Source: Mesotaenium endlicherianum (Eukaryota). Taken from it: 44,086 nt of DNA. The stretch lies in contig WELA01003469.1 of NCBI GenBank assembly GCA_009602735.1, positions 142,166 to 186,251 on the forward strand, in the 5' to 3' direction. The position numbers and the translations under genes were made by a program. Below the pieces are notes generated by a model. That model ran no database searches. It was not told the DNA's origin and was given only the letters and a program-made list of their open reading frames with translations. Shown piece by piece: positions 21,559 through 35,600 of this stretch; within the stretch, counting starts at the first letter, position 1, and each line of letters begins with the position of its first letter.

Positions 21559-24542
21559 ATGGCCTCTCATTCCGCTTCTGTGGGTTTTAAAGCCCTCGCC
21601 CTTGATTGTATAGACATAGGGGCGGCGGGTGGTATTCTTCACAAAGCCTTCTCTATCTCCTCTGTCTCTGTAGCACTCGCTGCTGCTGCCACGACAAGGG
21701 TCCGGGTTGCAACGGACGTTTTCTTCCATGACCGAGCCTCCGAACAATTTGGGTAATAGTGGTGTTCTTTTTTTTGGGCCGTTTTCCAGTAAGACTACAT
21801 CTGCAAGGGTCGGTGAATTAGAGCTGAAGTGAATGAGACCTTCTTTCAGACAATTTATGCAAATAGAAAGCTTTGCAAAAGAAAATCATCATTGTTGTGG
21901 TCTTGTGTAGCTGCTTTTCTTCCAGGGAAATTTTCGTTGTTTTTTAGGTTGTGGTTTTCATTTTGGGTATGTTCTTGCAAGTGGACAGCAAACTGTAACC
22001 CATGGCATTTCACTGATTCTGCAAGCCTTTAAATCAGTTTCTTTAGGGAGCAAGACTTGTACACATATTTATGGAGACAGTGGGTCTGTTGATGATGCGC
22101 CAATCTTTGTTTGCAGGCCTTCATCGTTCTGGTTCAGAACAGCAGCTTGTGAAGAAGTGGCAGTCCCATATGTGAAGCCTGGATACCAACGGGAAGATAT
22201 ACTGCATCTAAAGGAGTTGAACAATATTGGGACAAAGGTGAAGGTATATTACATAAAGATAAAGCCGATATTTTCCATCTTCACTCCTAAAGTGATACTC
22301 ATTAGTGCTATCAGAGCTCTTCTCCTCAACTATTTACCAGTTTTGGAAGCATACCTTCAGCCGGACGAGGAATATGATGAAGACTATGAGTTGGACAGCT
22401 CCCGTGCCCCTGACTTTGTCAGACCGGCTCCTGACCTCATCAGACCTGCCTGGGGCACCTTGAAGACCATGGTGAGAGAGGTAACTTTTTGCAGCTTCTT
22501 TATCGCTTGTTTGTGATTGTAATTCATCAGAAACAATCTTGTCTCTGTCCCTACAATCTCGTCAAGACCTTATGCGGCATGTTTTCTTCATATCATGTGT
22601 ATGGGAGCTAGCTGCTGGCACTTCGAGGTGATAATCCCATGTATGCCTGAAGTAGCTCTCAATCTTATATAGGTGAAAGGTTAGCTGATAGCAATTCAAG
22701 GGCACATACCATCTCGTTCGCAGATATCTGTCATGACAATGCGGAGGTTGCTGGAAAAATACTTGCTCAAGTACCTTCCGGCAAGATGGGTGTGGAAGCT
22801 GACGAAAGGTAGCATCAGTGCACAGCCCGACCTCAGTGATAAGAGCTCAACTGCAAGATCAAGCACTTGGTGCCCTATTATGAGATGCCAGTGATGAAGC
22901 ACAGGCGCTGCTTCTGTAATGCAGCCATATCTCTTTGCCTGTGTGATGTCAGTATGACCTCAGGTTGCTCCTACTGCCTGCCTTGCCTGCAGTCAAATGA
23001 GTCCTGATTAGCTGCAGAGGATGTGTGGAATGTTATGGCTTCATATTCCTGCAATTGCAGCAATGATGGGGTGCCCACTTTGTATAAGTGAAAGAAGGGG
23101 GTCATGCTCACCTCTCTCTTTTTACTTCTTTCTTGAACAGATACTCTGGAATCTACTCAGAGGAAGTCAAGGAGGGGGATAGGTGCCGTTCTACTATTTG
23201 TAACTGTTGCGCGCTCTCAGTTCAGAGGTAAGCTTGCTTCACATTGTCAATCTCTTTAGAACTTCAATCAGGGCCAGAGGGCGGGAAGCAGACGATTCAC
23301 ATCGAAGCGGACGATGTGGCGTGCTATTGGCGTCTTCAGTTTCTTGTCTGAAACCGAAGATGAGGCTTCTGGAAGCCGTGATGGGCTCTTTTGGTCCACT
23401 AAGTTCACTTAGTCTGGATGCCCTATCATTGCCATATTATGTCCTCAAGATCTGGTGATGGTGTTGGGTAAGGTGCTGACGATAGTGAGCACATCGTGGC
23501 TTGTGACATTGGTGTGGAAGTCGTCGAGTGATCAGAACATTAAAAACGTGCGTGCTTTGTGTCTATTTCAATCTGAGTTTATTATATCCTTTCCTGGCCA
23601 CAAATTAAGGAGCGTGTGCCATAGTTTGTCACGCATCCTTCCTCCACTCTGGAGCAGGGCAGCAGCGCCTCCCAGGAACATAGCTTTCTGGACTGATCAA
23701 ATAGCTAGAAACGGGTGCATAAAACTGTGGGGCTGCCACAATTGTAGGCTGCTGAGGGTTTCCCCTTTAGTTGTTAACTAACTTTGTGGCTTCACCTATC
23801 AGCAGAAGTAATCTGCAGAGGCGAGAATCATGAATGGTTGTTCTTTTTCACTCTTTCACTGATTAAAGGACCGAAAGTAGCTCGGGTTTTGGCTCTTTAC
23901 TTCGCAGCCATCACGTCTTTGCCTCCTCTCTCATCTCTTTCTCTGTCTGTGTGCGTGTGTGTTTGGGTGTGATTGTGTGGAATGTGGCCAGGGCATATAA
24001 TCCAGTGCTTGGCGGGGTGGCTCATCCAGTTGAAGATTGACATCTTCAGATGCGTCCGCAGCTACAGAAGGAGAAAGGAGAGAACGCCACGTGCGCAAAA
24101 GCTGCTGCAGGGGGAGCTTGTCCGGCTTGGAAAGAGAGTAACGGGGCACACCGTCAAGACTGTTGGAGCGCTGGCCTGTGGGTCGCTGTGCAGTGCCTTG
24201 GGTGCCCTTATATGGGTGAAGCAGGGCCCCTGGATAGGTATCTCCCTCTCCCCCCCCCCCCTCCCTGGACACGCGAAAGTTGCTGCATAACTTAACTGGC
24301 CCTTTATGGTTTAAGGGAACCTGGGCCTGGTCAGGTAAGAGTTGGTATGCATAGCACTCACTTGTTGCGCCTGTGGCTGGAAGGGGCATACTGTGTGGCT
24401 TGATGTGAATTACAAGGGGCAGGCAAAGCACTCATCATTGTGGTTTATTGTTGCTGCAGGTTTTGTGATTGGAGATGCAGCAGGGCCATTTCTGGTGGGT
24501 TACTTTATCGATGGCTGGATGTACAGCACAAAGCATATCTAG
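21559..24542 (+). CDS. Conserved uncharacterised green-plant protein, ~352 aa, 6 exons, hydrophobic Gly-rich C-terminus
   Basis: Exons 21559-21752, 22117-22480, 22724-22808, 23141-23227, 23992-24237, 24460-24542 splice in frame (1059 nt). Motifs IKPIFSIF..RALLLNYLPVLE, RRLLE..WKLTKD, FRGH, GPWIGFVIGDAAGP recall a land-plant family of unknown function (from memory, not searched). Confidence 0.8.
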
Positions 24543-25919
24543 GCGCATGTGCAGTGGTTCTCACGACATGTCTTGCAAATTAAGTGGCGCAAAGGGGGCA
24601 TGTTGGCAATGTCACGCATCAGTGTTTGCTGTTCTGTGGTATGGAGAGTATTTTTTTTGGGCTGGCAAGGATAGATTTTTATGTGGTCTTTGAAGTTCAC
24701 ATTGACTTGCATGTTCCATCTTGTATGCACAGCTTCCGAAGGGTTATGTCCATTGCTACCTCACCAGTATGTTGTATTACGTACGAAAAGTGTTTAGAAA
24801 TGTGTCTTGCTTTTTCTGAAGAGACTTGGTGCTCAATACCTTTGTCAATTTTGGTGGTATAGACATAGATCCTGGACTCATTTGCGAAGTAGGGCAATGC
24901 TTTTGGAGATTACTGACACCCGCAGCAATTTGATACTGTCATTTAAGATGAAAATGAAGAACTGGGGTGCTTTTGAAACAAATATGGGTAGTTTCACAAT
25001 GGTTGCAGCAGTAAGCTGCGTCTGCACTTGCTAAAAGATGCAATAATTGTATTACTATATCATGCCAAAGATAAACTTGCACATTGTCGGGGAAGATGAG
25101 ATGTGAAGTTCTTGACTAGATTCTCATAGTACTTCCAATGAACGGTGCACTAAGATTCCAAAATCGACAACTGCACAATCTTGGAAAGCGGCATTCCTGA
25201 ATGCCACTTTATTGGCCAATCTGCTCATGTGCTATATCACCATCACCGTTTTGGAAATATGAGTGAGGCCACATGCTCTTATGAGTATAAATAAGAGGGT
25301 TTAGAAACATACGTATGACCCACTCGCAAACACTCAAATGTACACTACGATAAGATGTGGAACTTCACCATAAAAATGTGTCATGTCAAATTGGTATGGC
25401 GGAAGGTGCAAGTACAGCGAGCAGCTGTTTCTCCCATGGAAATCTTAAATTATTGGCTTCTTAGAACCATGCCTTTAACCGATTTCCACATCAATTTTAA
25501 ACTTGAGCTGCATTTCTAGAGAGTCGAACATCAGTCTTACAGGTGATCAATTACACCATACTTCTACTTTGGTCTGAAAACATTGAGATTCTTGATCATA
25601 ATCCTTCAAAGACCAGGATTGCCCCAGGCGACAAGGGGATGTCGCGTTGCTGAGGAGGGTGCATACATGAGAATTGACCAGCTGGATATGCAAAGCTTCA
25701 TGCTGACGATATATCATCACGCTATCAAGGCCGCAAAAATGGTGGTTGGTGGCCGCAACCACCATGAAAGCACTTCAGTTCACTCATAACACGAACCATT
25801 TCACTGGAATGACCTCACTACTTCAAGCCCCACCAAATGCTGTCACAGGCCAAGCGAAGCATGCATCTCCCCAAAAGTGCGCGCAACACTGGACTAGAAG
25901 CAGGAGCAACTTAGTGCAT

Positions 25920-26028
25920 TGGCGTGCAGTGAAGTGCCGTGCAGTGCAGTGCCGTGCAGTGCAGAGCAGAGCAGGAAGGAGTCAGAGGGAGGAGCAGAGC
26001 GCGGCAGTGCAGTGCAGTGCAGTGCAGA
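25920..26028. repeat. (GCAGT)n pentanucleotide microsatellite patches
   Basis: gtgcagtgaagtgccgtgcagtgcagtgccgtgcagtgcag.. and gcagtgcagtgcagtgcagtgcag. Confidence 0.8.
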
Positions 26029-27268
26029 GGCCCCTCCTTGAGAATCACAAACAGCAAAAGAGACAGATTTCGCAAGTCAAGGTTGACGCGAGTAGGAGCC
26101 TAAGACCATCCAACTACAGAGATACTTTGGCACCAGAGATGCTGCATAGCAAAGAGTAGGAAAGAAACGGCAGTAAGAGATAGACCAAGTAACGACATGG
26201 AAATGAGCCAGTCACTACGCTGACCACCCCGCAAAAGTCTCACTCCGCACACACTACAAACACGACAGACTTTAAGATGCCCAGGCACCTCTCAGCCGTC
26301 TGTGTTGGAAGACACTGCTCCGCCTTACATGTCTCGCTCTCAACATCCCGAAGGACAAACATAGCCTGTAGCTAAACACAAGACCCACCACGAAAACTAA
26401 TGCACAAGCACAAGAAGAAACGGCACACAGCCATCTCAGTTATAAGTCACACTCCTTATCCATATAAAACAGTCAGATGACGTAGTCCTCCTGAATCATA
26501 CACCCCGCTGTCTACCAGTACTGTAACGTGTACGTCCACACACAGCCCACACGCGTAAAACCACTACACGCGCCGCGCCTCACGCTTGTTCTGTTCTGCC
26601 TCTCCCTTCAGCATTTTTTTCGCCTCCCTTCTTCTGCACTGAGCACCACTAAGCCCACCCCCTAGAGCCTACTCTTACCACCAGAACAGCACAATTGCAG
26701 GGGCACAGCCTCACCTACTAGTTTCTAGCTGGGCTCATCATACAGATGTCCTCTCTCGCTCTCGAGCATCCTACAGCACCTTTTGCAGCCCACAGGGGAA
26801 GGCCCTGATGCAGATGCGCTCACCCAGACACCCAACATGTGCGCCAGCTACATGCAATGCTACGTGCCCCCCATCCAGCCAGGAGCAATCTACGACCAGA
26901 GAGAGAAGCAAGGCACAGGGTAGGCGGGCCAGGAGCATGGCAGGTGCCACAGAGAGCAGCTGCTGCTGCTGCTGCAGCTTGCAACGCCTAAGGCGAGCGG
27001 CGCCTGGGGCGAGGGCTGGGGCTGCGGCTGCGCTCTTTGCTCGCGCTGCGCTCCCGCGACACGCTCCTGCCACATCAAACCCCAGGGGAGGGAAGAAGAG
27101 TCAGCGCCAGAAGAGGACATGCACAGAGAACTCCAGACTGGAACCAGTCGGCCAAGTCCTTATGTACTCAGCACTGCCGTACAAGCCCACAGCTGTCCAA
27201 CCAGGAGCAGCCACGGGAAATACGCGCGTTACGAGCACGTCAGGGGCCAGGGGCACGGCACGGCGCTC

Positions 27269-30200
27269 TTACTTTGTGTAGGAGCGGCGGCGAGCGGGCG
27301 AAGCGGAGGGGCTCCTCCTGCCGGGGGACACGCTTCTCTTGCGGGGGGACACGCTCCTCTTGCGCGGGGACAGGCTCCTCTTGCGGGGGGTCAGGCTCCT
27401 CCTGCGCGGGGACAGGCTCCTCCTGCGGGGGCTGATAGCACACACCTCACCGATTCTTGTAGCTTTAGCCTGGGGGATCATCCACAAGAGACCTTGGCAA
27501 GCGGGAGTTTCCCATAACCCAGAGACAACTTCCGGATGGATTGGCAAGTCCAACGACAAGAACAGAAGCTGGAGACGAGAAGCCCACACCGCACGACACC
27601 GAGACCCAGAGCAGCTCCGCGTTCCTCACTACCTTGATTCAATATGCAACAGTCGGAGTGGACATGTGGGGCCGCCAGCACAGACACCCTGTGAAGGAGG
27701 TGGCACCAAGACCCCAGGAGCCAGGAGGAGGCAGCTCTGCACCCGGTTTGCGCACGGCAAGCACCCCTACCCCAAACATGCCAAATACGTGCGAGCGCGT
27801 GCCATCTTCCGCCCCAACATAGAGCGCGTGCCATCTTCCGCCCCAAATATGCCCCCAAGACAAGACACTTCCCGCCTACGAGGCACCAGCCAGGCAACAG
27901 GGCAACATCCTGGACTGCACACTCAATCCTCCTCTCAGCACAGCACGGCATAGTGAGCAGGTCCCAGCCTCTCAAGGTGCCCCCTCCCAGAGCATCACAC
28001 GAAGAGCACACCCTGGCATCGATGCATCAAATGAAGCCGGGAGGAGAAGGGCATGCATCCAGAACTCCACCTGCGGCTGCGGCTACGGCTGCGGCTGCTA
28101 GGACGGGGGCTGCGGCTGTGGGCGCGGCGGGGGGGTGGGCTTGGACTTCTGCCAACACGCGCACGCGGACGACCGTTCAAATCCCGACCCCTGTCGCCCC
28201 CCGGCGGACTCCCGCTGCGACTGCCGGTCCGACTTCGACTCCGACTGCGACTGTAGCTCCTCCAGCTGCGGCCAGGGCTAGGGCTGTAGCGGTGCAAGGG
28301 GGGCAGGCTTGGGGTGCGCCTGTAGCGGCGCCTGCCAGGGCTGTAGCCAGGGCTGGCGCCGCGCCTGCCCCTCAAGTAGGGGCTGCGGCTGCGGCTGACG
28401 CGCCGGTAGCTGTCGCTGTAGCGGCTTGCATACCTGTCAAAGGGGCTACGGCTGCGGCTGCGACTGCGGACGGGACTAGGGCTGTAGTAACGGCGACGGC
28501 CGCGGGGGGGGCTGCGGTAGGGGCTGCGCCTGTAGCCCCCGCCAGAGTATCTGTATGGACTGCGGCTGCGGCTACGAATGGGAGTGGGACTGGGACTTGC
28601 TGCATAGCTGACGTAGGGTGGGCCAATTGGACACCGATGACGCCATTCACAACCCCACAGAGACGCAGAGTCCGCCGGGGGGAGAACATAAATGCAGAGG
28701 TGGAAGGGTGGGTCATTGACAGCAGACACGTTGAGAGGTACCGACACACAAGGAGGTAGCCGCGACGCACACACAGGAGCCCATGAGAGGCCCGCAGCGA
28801 CGCAATTAGCAGAGACCACCCATATCACCGGACGGACAAAGTCATGGTCAACAATGGGAGACGACATGACAGGTGCCCGGTCAGGTGGTAGTGGGGCAGG
28901 ACAAGTGGACCCCGTGATAAAAGGAGCCCCCAAAGCCCAGAGATGGCACCCCAGTGGCAACACAGGGGCAAGATGAAGACAGGCACATGCGCAGGAGGAG
29001 AAGCATGTGCAGCGTGCGCGCCGGCAACAATCCCCCCCCCACAAAGCCCAAAGAAGAAAGGCAGGTATTAGCGCTGGTGGTACCACGGGGGCACAGCATC
29101 AACTCTGTCCGTCTGCTTTTCATTCCAAAACTCATATCAAAACAGTTCCGGACCATATCATGCGCAAAAGACATTTCCAGCACTTTGAGGAGGAGCTGGT
29201 CAGAACTGGTCACCATATGCGCCCCGCCCCGCACACGACCCCAAGGAAAGGGACACCATTCAGAAGCTTTGAGGCATAAAACATGCAGCTCTGAAAGACG
29301 CCGCTGCACACTGTTGCAAGGGATGGCACACCGTGCACAGGAAAATAGCAACTGGAGGTACTGGGTGAAAGGTAACGGGAGCGTGAGGAAGACATAGGGG
29401 AACAGGAAGGAGAAAGACCAGCAGAGATCACGGAAGCGGGCGAGGAAGAAGGGCTTCGCAGAAGGGGGTACTAGTGGGGGGGCGTACCGGTTGCGGCCAT
29501 AGCTAGGGCTGCGGCGATGACGGGAAGGAGGGCTCCTGCTGCGGCTGCGACTCCGTGCCCCGCCGCCCCGGCCCCCGCTTCCCATGCCACCCGGCCCAAC
29601 GCGCATCCTGCACTCGCGCGCAAAGTGACCGGGTTCACCGCACTCATAGCACTTCATGTCCTCCCCACGTCTGGGACCAGGGCCACCTGGCCCACGGGAC
29701 AGTTCAACACGCCAGCCATTCTTCCCTGTGGCGCGGCACACACACGTACAGAGACGAGGAGAAGGAGTGAGTTTGCAAGAAGTCACTCTTCTACGGCAAC
29801 TGGTGACACCATTGCCATGAGGCTCATTCCAGCGGCAAAATACATGCAGGAAGTCCAAAGACCAAGGTGGCCTGCCAAACCAAGAGAGCTGTAGTTATAG
29901 ACATGACGAGGCAAGGGGGGGAGGTTACATAGATTCCAATCACCCACGTAATATACCCTGTTCGAGCCCTGGAGCTGAGCACAAAGGAGGTTAAGTGCTC
30001 CTCCTTAGTCCTAGTTGACTGCTTGCACCAGTGCCACCGGCTCCAGAAAAACAAATCAGAGCGATTATAAAATAATCCTAAGACTGCAAGGAAGAGATAC
30101 TGATTGGTCCACTGTGTATAACACCAAAACCATGTAAGCACCCACACTGAAAGAAGAGACACTTCCTCAATACACACACAAGCAAGGCCAAGGGAATAGA

Positions 30201-31240
30201 AAAGGACGTACGCACCATTCTTGGCACGGATGGCATCACGACCATCGCGAGGATCGTCAAATTCAATGAACGCAAATCCAGGAGGCTTGCGTGCCACCCA
30301 CACGCTGCAAATGTCCACACCAGAAAACTTACTGGTTAGCGTGACTTACGCGTCACGTGCATTCCATCATATATTTCTCTTAACCTTGTACGTGATCATG
30401 CACCCAAACCCTGCCAATAGCCTGTCTCTCAGCACCGTAATATATGATTTGCTATTTCAACCATCCTTGCCAGATAGTTACTCAAACATATATTTAAGCA
30501 TCCTCGCCAGGTTCCTTAAAATAAATGTAAGTTTGGTCCAGATACGAGGGCAAACATAAAACGTTGTCTAAACTCTCCTTCCCTGATGGGTTGTGATATG
30601 CTGAAGAAAACAAAGAAAGAACGAAAAACGACAACACGCGTTCAACCTGTACCCAAAAGCAGCCCCACGCATACTAGGAACAATCCGCAAGAAACACGTG
30701 GTGGCACTTGGTTGCAGCCAAAACCATGCCAAAAGGGAACAGATCAGATGCACTGAACCAATGAAGCGAGGAACTCCAAAAAGATAGCTCAGTGTATATG
30801 AGTCGATGAATCTGTATACTCATGGCTGCTACATTCAAAACTGACTCCAACCAACTGACTGCCCTACAATTTCTTGACTCTAAGTATCTTCGTGGGAGCA
30901 AAGCCTGCAGTTCCATCACGGTAAATTACCATGTCATAACATATGACTATCAGCTAACTGTAACCTCCATAAAAAGCGGCAAAAGAAAAAACCACAATCG
31001 TTTTACAAAAGCTTACTGTCACACTTATGCGAATGCATTTCTTTAAAATCGGTACAAAGCGCTCTCGGGTAGTAACATGTAGATGAAGGAAATAACAGGC
31101 AACTTCAGTCACGAACTTCACGAACTTCAGAGAACTATGCTGTAGACAAACCTTCTGAGGACTCCGAACTCACGAAATTCGTCTTCAATGTCCCGCTCAG
31201 AAAGCCGGGGATCGATGTTACCCACATACACGCGCTCCAT
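27269..31240 (-). CDS. RSZ: SR splicing factor of the RSZ subfamily (RRM, one zinc knuckle, long RS domain; SRSF7/9G8-like), ~371 aa
   Basis: Exons 31240-31152 ([22 protein letters not shown]), 30304-30216 ([17 protein letters not shown]), 29725-29488 ([24 protein letters not shown]), 28607-28071 and 27431-27269 (RS/SP repeats). Intron phases are consistent. The 3' end may be extended by a further exon. Confidence 0.92.
27310..27431 (-). repeat. Coding 21-bp minisatellite encoding (S/T)PR(R/K)RS(L/V) heptads
   Basis: Translation [42 protein letters not shown]. Confidence 0.85.
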
Positions 31241-32670
31241 GATTAATCAAGTCAAAAACTCGTCAAGCACACTGCGTGTATGACCACCACAAGAACGCAG
31301 CTCTCCCTTTTGTAAGTTTTCTGCTCCACTGTAGAGGTTATTTCAGTAGTAAAAGCCGCGGGAATTGAGTCGAGACGACAGGCAGCTTCTAAGCCAACCC
31401 TAATTGTAGGTGTCGGAAGGAGTCGGGACCCCGGGGCACTCCGGGGAGTTGAAAGACCGAGGTTCCGTAGGTCCAACTAGGTCCCACAACGGCCAAAGCT
31501 CTCGTGCGACAACGTTGACACAAGCTGACACACCTCTCTAGAATGCTCTAAACTGCTCTAAACTGCTCTAAACGCATCTGTGGCCATCTGCAAGCGCAAT
31601 CCGAGGTGGTTTCGAGAGTACAATGCAGTCCAATGTGTCAAAATCGGGTCCAATGGAGCACTATAGAACGCTCATTGAGAGTGAAATGAAGTAAGTGCAG
31701 AGCCACAAGTGCACAGGTGGCACTGTGTACGCACCGTACGCGTGCACTCCATGCATGCAGAACATGTTCACCTTTCTTGCATGTTCACCTGAATGCTGAG
31801 ATAGCTTTTAAACAAGGACAACAAGCGCAATAGTTCGTGAAAGCTGCAGTTTGAACGGAGCATGACCAGAAATGCACCCCACCACCTTCGTAACCCGCCG
31901 ACAACATCGTGGCACACCCTGGCGTATGTGCACTCCGATTGAGAGCTGCGAAGCCTCATGGGTGCTGGTGCTGCTGATGTATTTGTAGTCGCTTCTCTGT
32001 ACTATGCACTTGCAGATTCGACGAGGCGGCAAGTCGTGCATCCCCGCAACATAATATCTAACATAGTTCCTCCTCTTACGAAATGGTTAGGAGTGAGAAC
32101 AGTGTTGACAAACTTTGATGTGAGGAGTTCCATAATGAGAGCCACGACTCCACGTGCTTACAAAAGAACGAGTGCCAATGAAGAAAAGTGAAGTTTTTCC
32201 TTTTGAGTCTTGAGTCGCAAAATTACATTCTAAGCAACCAGTCGTGTTACCATCTGGATTTTGCCAAAGAGGGCCCTTCAACTTCAATTACAACATCATA
32301 CAAATTCATGACAAAGTACGTGGAAATACACATGGGACTCAATGAGCAATTTGATTACAGAAAAGAAACACCAATGCATCAGGGTGGGCAACAGACAAAT
32401 AACTGTATTGATGGCTAAACACGTTTCATGTATAACCTGGAAACCATTAAATTAAAGAAGAGATCCACAAATAACATATGCTCTTTTGCTTATGTTGCTC
32501 GCACCTCCTGTGCGCCTCGAGCCTCAGAGAATTTCTCACCAATTAAATGATGCCCTCAGCACCGTGTGCTACTTGCTCCCACTCTGCTCCGTGAATTACA
32601 ACCGGGAAGAAACGTAAGAAAAGGTGCAAAGGACTTGCAATCAAGAAGCTACACTACGGCCCACGGCGAA

Positions 32671-35600
32671 CTACCACACGGCTCGGATGCCAGAACTTTC
32701 CAAAAACTGGTTGGTGTGCCACCCGGTCTGCTTGAGCCCCTCCAGCAGTGGGGGCAGCAGCTTCTCCATGCGCGCATATGCTTCCTCCAAGACATCCTCT
32801 GCCCGCGACACGGGCGCATGTGGGCCCTCGCTGTCCGCGCCTACCCTTCGAGCGCCCCCCGCGGGCTGTCTGCTGCTCCCAGGAGAGTGGCGCTGGGCAA
32901 GCCCAGGCGCGCCTTCGCCGCCCGTCCTGCTTCCCTCCGTTGCCCTCGCATGGAGAATCTCGAGGGAACAGGTGGCGAGCAGCCAGCCCCTAACTGCGTC
33001 CAGCCCCGTGGCATTGCGGTGCAGCACCAGGTCCGCCGTCCGCGCGGCGCCGCTCGAGAAGTTGACGAGAAAGCGCTCGCCCCTGAAGCGCTGGGCGAGG
33101 CGGGGCACCTCTGAGGGCGCCCCCAGCGCGCGCTTGAGGGGCGCGCCAACGCGCACGCTCCCCGACGTGCGGTCCAACGAGGACCCGAAGAACAGACGCT
33201 CGCGGTACTTCAGCTCCCCCGGATGCGCCACCTTGCCAGTCTGCACCACGTCCACACGCACGCGCACACGAACACGCACAGGGCATGCACGTACGAAAGC
33301 ACGCGCATGCACACAGTCATACAGGTGTTAAAACGGGCACACAACGCCCCAACAGGCTAACGGCTTAAAGGACTGGTCTCTCTGTCTTTGGTGCGCGTGC
33401 GTGCCACCACAGGAGAGGTTGGCGGACGGGCCAGCTAAATGGGGTGCGGTGGAGGTAGTCAGTCAACAGCTCCTCGTGTGCCTTCTCTCTCTCCCACACA
33501 CACACACGCACGCGCGCGCGAACACAAACGTGGGCGCGCGCGCGCAGAAGGAGCACAGGTGAGCCATGCTCCTGGCACGACGCTCATTATGCCGTTGCTT
33601 CGGCTGTCACTACCAAGATACGCTTCAAGGCGTGTGCCAACCAGCGGCTGGCTGCCTGTGCACGTGCGCGTGCATGTGCAAGTGCGTCTACGAGGAGAGC
33701 TACCAAGGAGTGGGCACACATGCACTGCCTGCCCGTCGCGCATCCACGAGCGCGGGCGTGGGCATGCGCAGGGGGGCACACCCCAGGCTGGCACGTTTGC
33801 CCCTGGTGCTGCTGAATGGGCTTGCAGCCACGGCACATTGAGTGCATATGGAGAGGAGGAAGTGCCAGCTGGCACCTTTTTAGCTCAGCTAGCCTCACGC
33901 AGTTGCTAGTGAAACGAACAGGCCTGCACAGGGCCTGCCCCTCTAGAAACTCCTTGGAAACTCCCGGCACACAGGCCAGCGAGGCATAGGAGAGAGGGAG
34001 GTGGGGATTGGCGAGTGAGTGCAAGGGGAAGCCTGAACGAGGAGGAGAAGAAAGAGGAGGAGGGGGAGGAGGGGGACCTGGAGGTAGTCCTGGATGAGGA
34101 GCGCGGTGCGCTCCGCGTTGAGCGTGTTGACGGGCGCTGCGCGCATCTCCTGCGCCACGCAGAACACGTGGACGGTCGACAGCGCCGCCCCCATCAGCAG
34201 CTGCTCCCCGCGCTCCACCCCCGCCCCCACCCCCATCGCCGCCACCCCCATCACCACTCCCGGATGCTGTCAGGTGCGAGGTGCGCAGCAATATCTGCCC
34301 CAGCCAGCAGGCGTGCTGTGCTGAGGCAGCACCAGCAACGTACCCGCTTGAGGGCAGGCGGGCAGTGTGCAGGTAAGCTGCCAGGGCCCAAGACAGATGT
34401 CTGTTTAGCCAGCACTCTCTCAGCTGCTCCAGCCGCAGCAGAATTTACTATGCTCCACTATTACAGACTGAATCAAAACTTGCAAGGGGTGGACTTGAAG
34501 GGGAAGGGGGGGNNNNNNNNNNNNNNNNNNNNNNNNNNNNNNNNNNNNNNNNGGGGGGGGAGGGCTCATCACATGACTAAAAGGGGGGAGGGGGTGAAGG
34601 CAGGGCCCCTCAGGGGGAGGGGCAGCAAGAGTGAGGAAGAGGAGGTGGAGGAGGAGGGTAGCGAGTAGGGGGAAGGAGTGTAGCGAGACGAGCACAGCCA
34701 GTACCTTGCCGGGGGTGGAGCGACAGAGGGAGGAGGAGGCCAGCTGGATGCCCAGGCCCATGCCGGCGATGTTGGACAGCACGGAGATGGCCTCGCCCTT
34801 GGCGTACAGGTCGCTCAGGTTGTTCTCCAGCGCAAACGACGAGTAGATGGGCAGCCTCGTGGCGCGCGCCGACACCAGCGCCGCGCCCTGCCGGGCAGGA
34901 GGCAGGCAGGCAGGCAGGCACGCACGCATGCGTCAGGAAGAGAGAGGGTGAGGGAGAGAGTGAGAGGGAGAGAGCCAAGTGAAGCAGCACTGACATCCCT
35001 CCCACTTTGGCCCACTACCCTCCGGCCTATAGAACAGCACCAGGCTACTATGCAATGTCTGATGCCCCTCCCCTCCAGTGTGCCATCATCCCCCGCCAAC
35101 AGCAACAAGGTGCTCCGTACGTTACAACAGCCACTAGCTATCCCCAAATCCCCTTTTCATTGATACACACTCGCAAGAAGAAGGCTGCGAGGGAGCGGAG
35201 AGAGCACGCCCAAGGACAGCGGTGTGGTTTAGGGTTTCACACAGCGGTTCACCCAAGGACAGAAGCGGCCGCAAAGCCTCTAGAAGCAGGGGGGAGGACG
35301 TTGAGCGTGTGCTTACCTTGGCCATCTGGGCGAGACCAGCAATGCCCAGGAACTGCTGCGGGCACAGGGGCACCAGAATCTCCAGCATGGCGCCCACGTC
35401 AAACATGCCGTCCGCTGCCAGGTCACCACCAACGCTCACACACACAGAGGGAGGGAGAGAGAAAGAGAGGACAGCGGCCCAGATCAGATACGTCCACCGT
35501 ACACATAGTCAGCTAGCACCATCTCCCCCCCCCCCGGAGTTCCGACGGCCCCCCTAAAGAGGATACTGCTTTGATAAAGTCGCCACCATGGCTTCTGTCA

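Noticed and set aside
27793..27847. ~25-bp direct repeat (GAGCGCGTGCCATCTTCCGCCCC) in RSZ intron 4 as a TE footprint
   Set aside because: Adjacent local duplication with nothing inserted between the copies; no evidence of function.
27953..28759. 268-aa Ala-rich plus-strand ORF
   Set aside because: Antisense of the RS-repeat exon; open only because of low-complexity GC-rich sequence.
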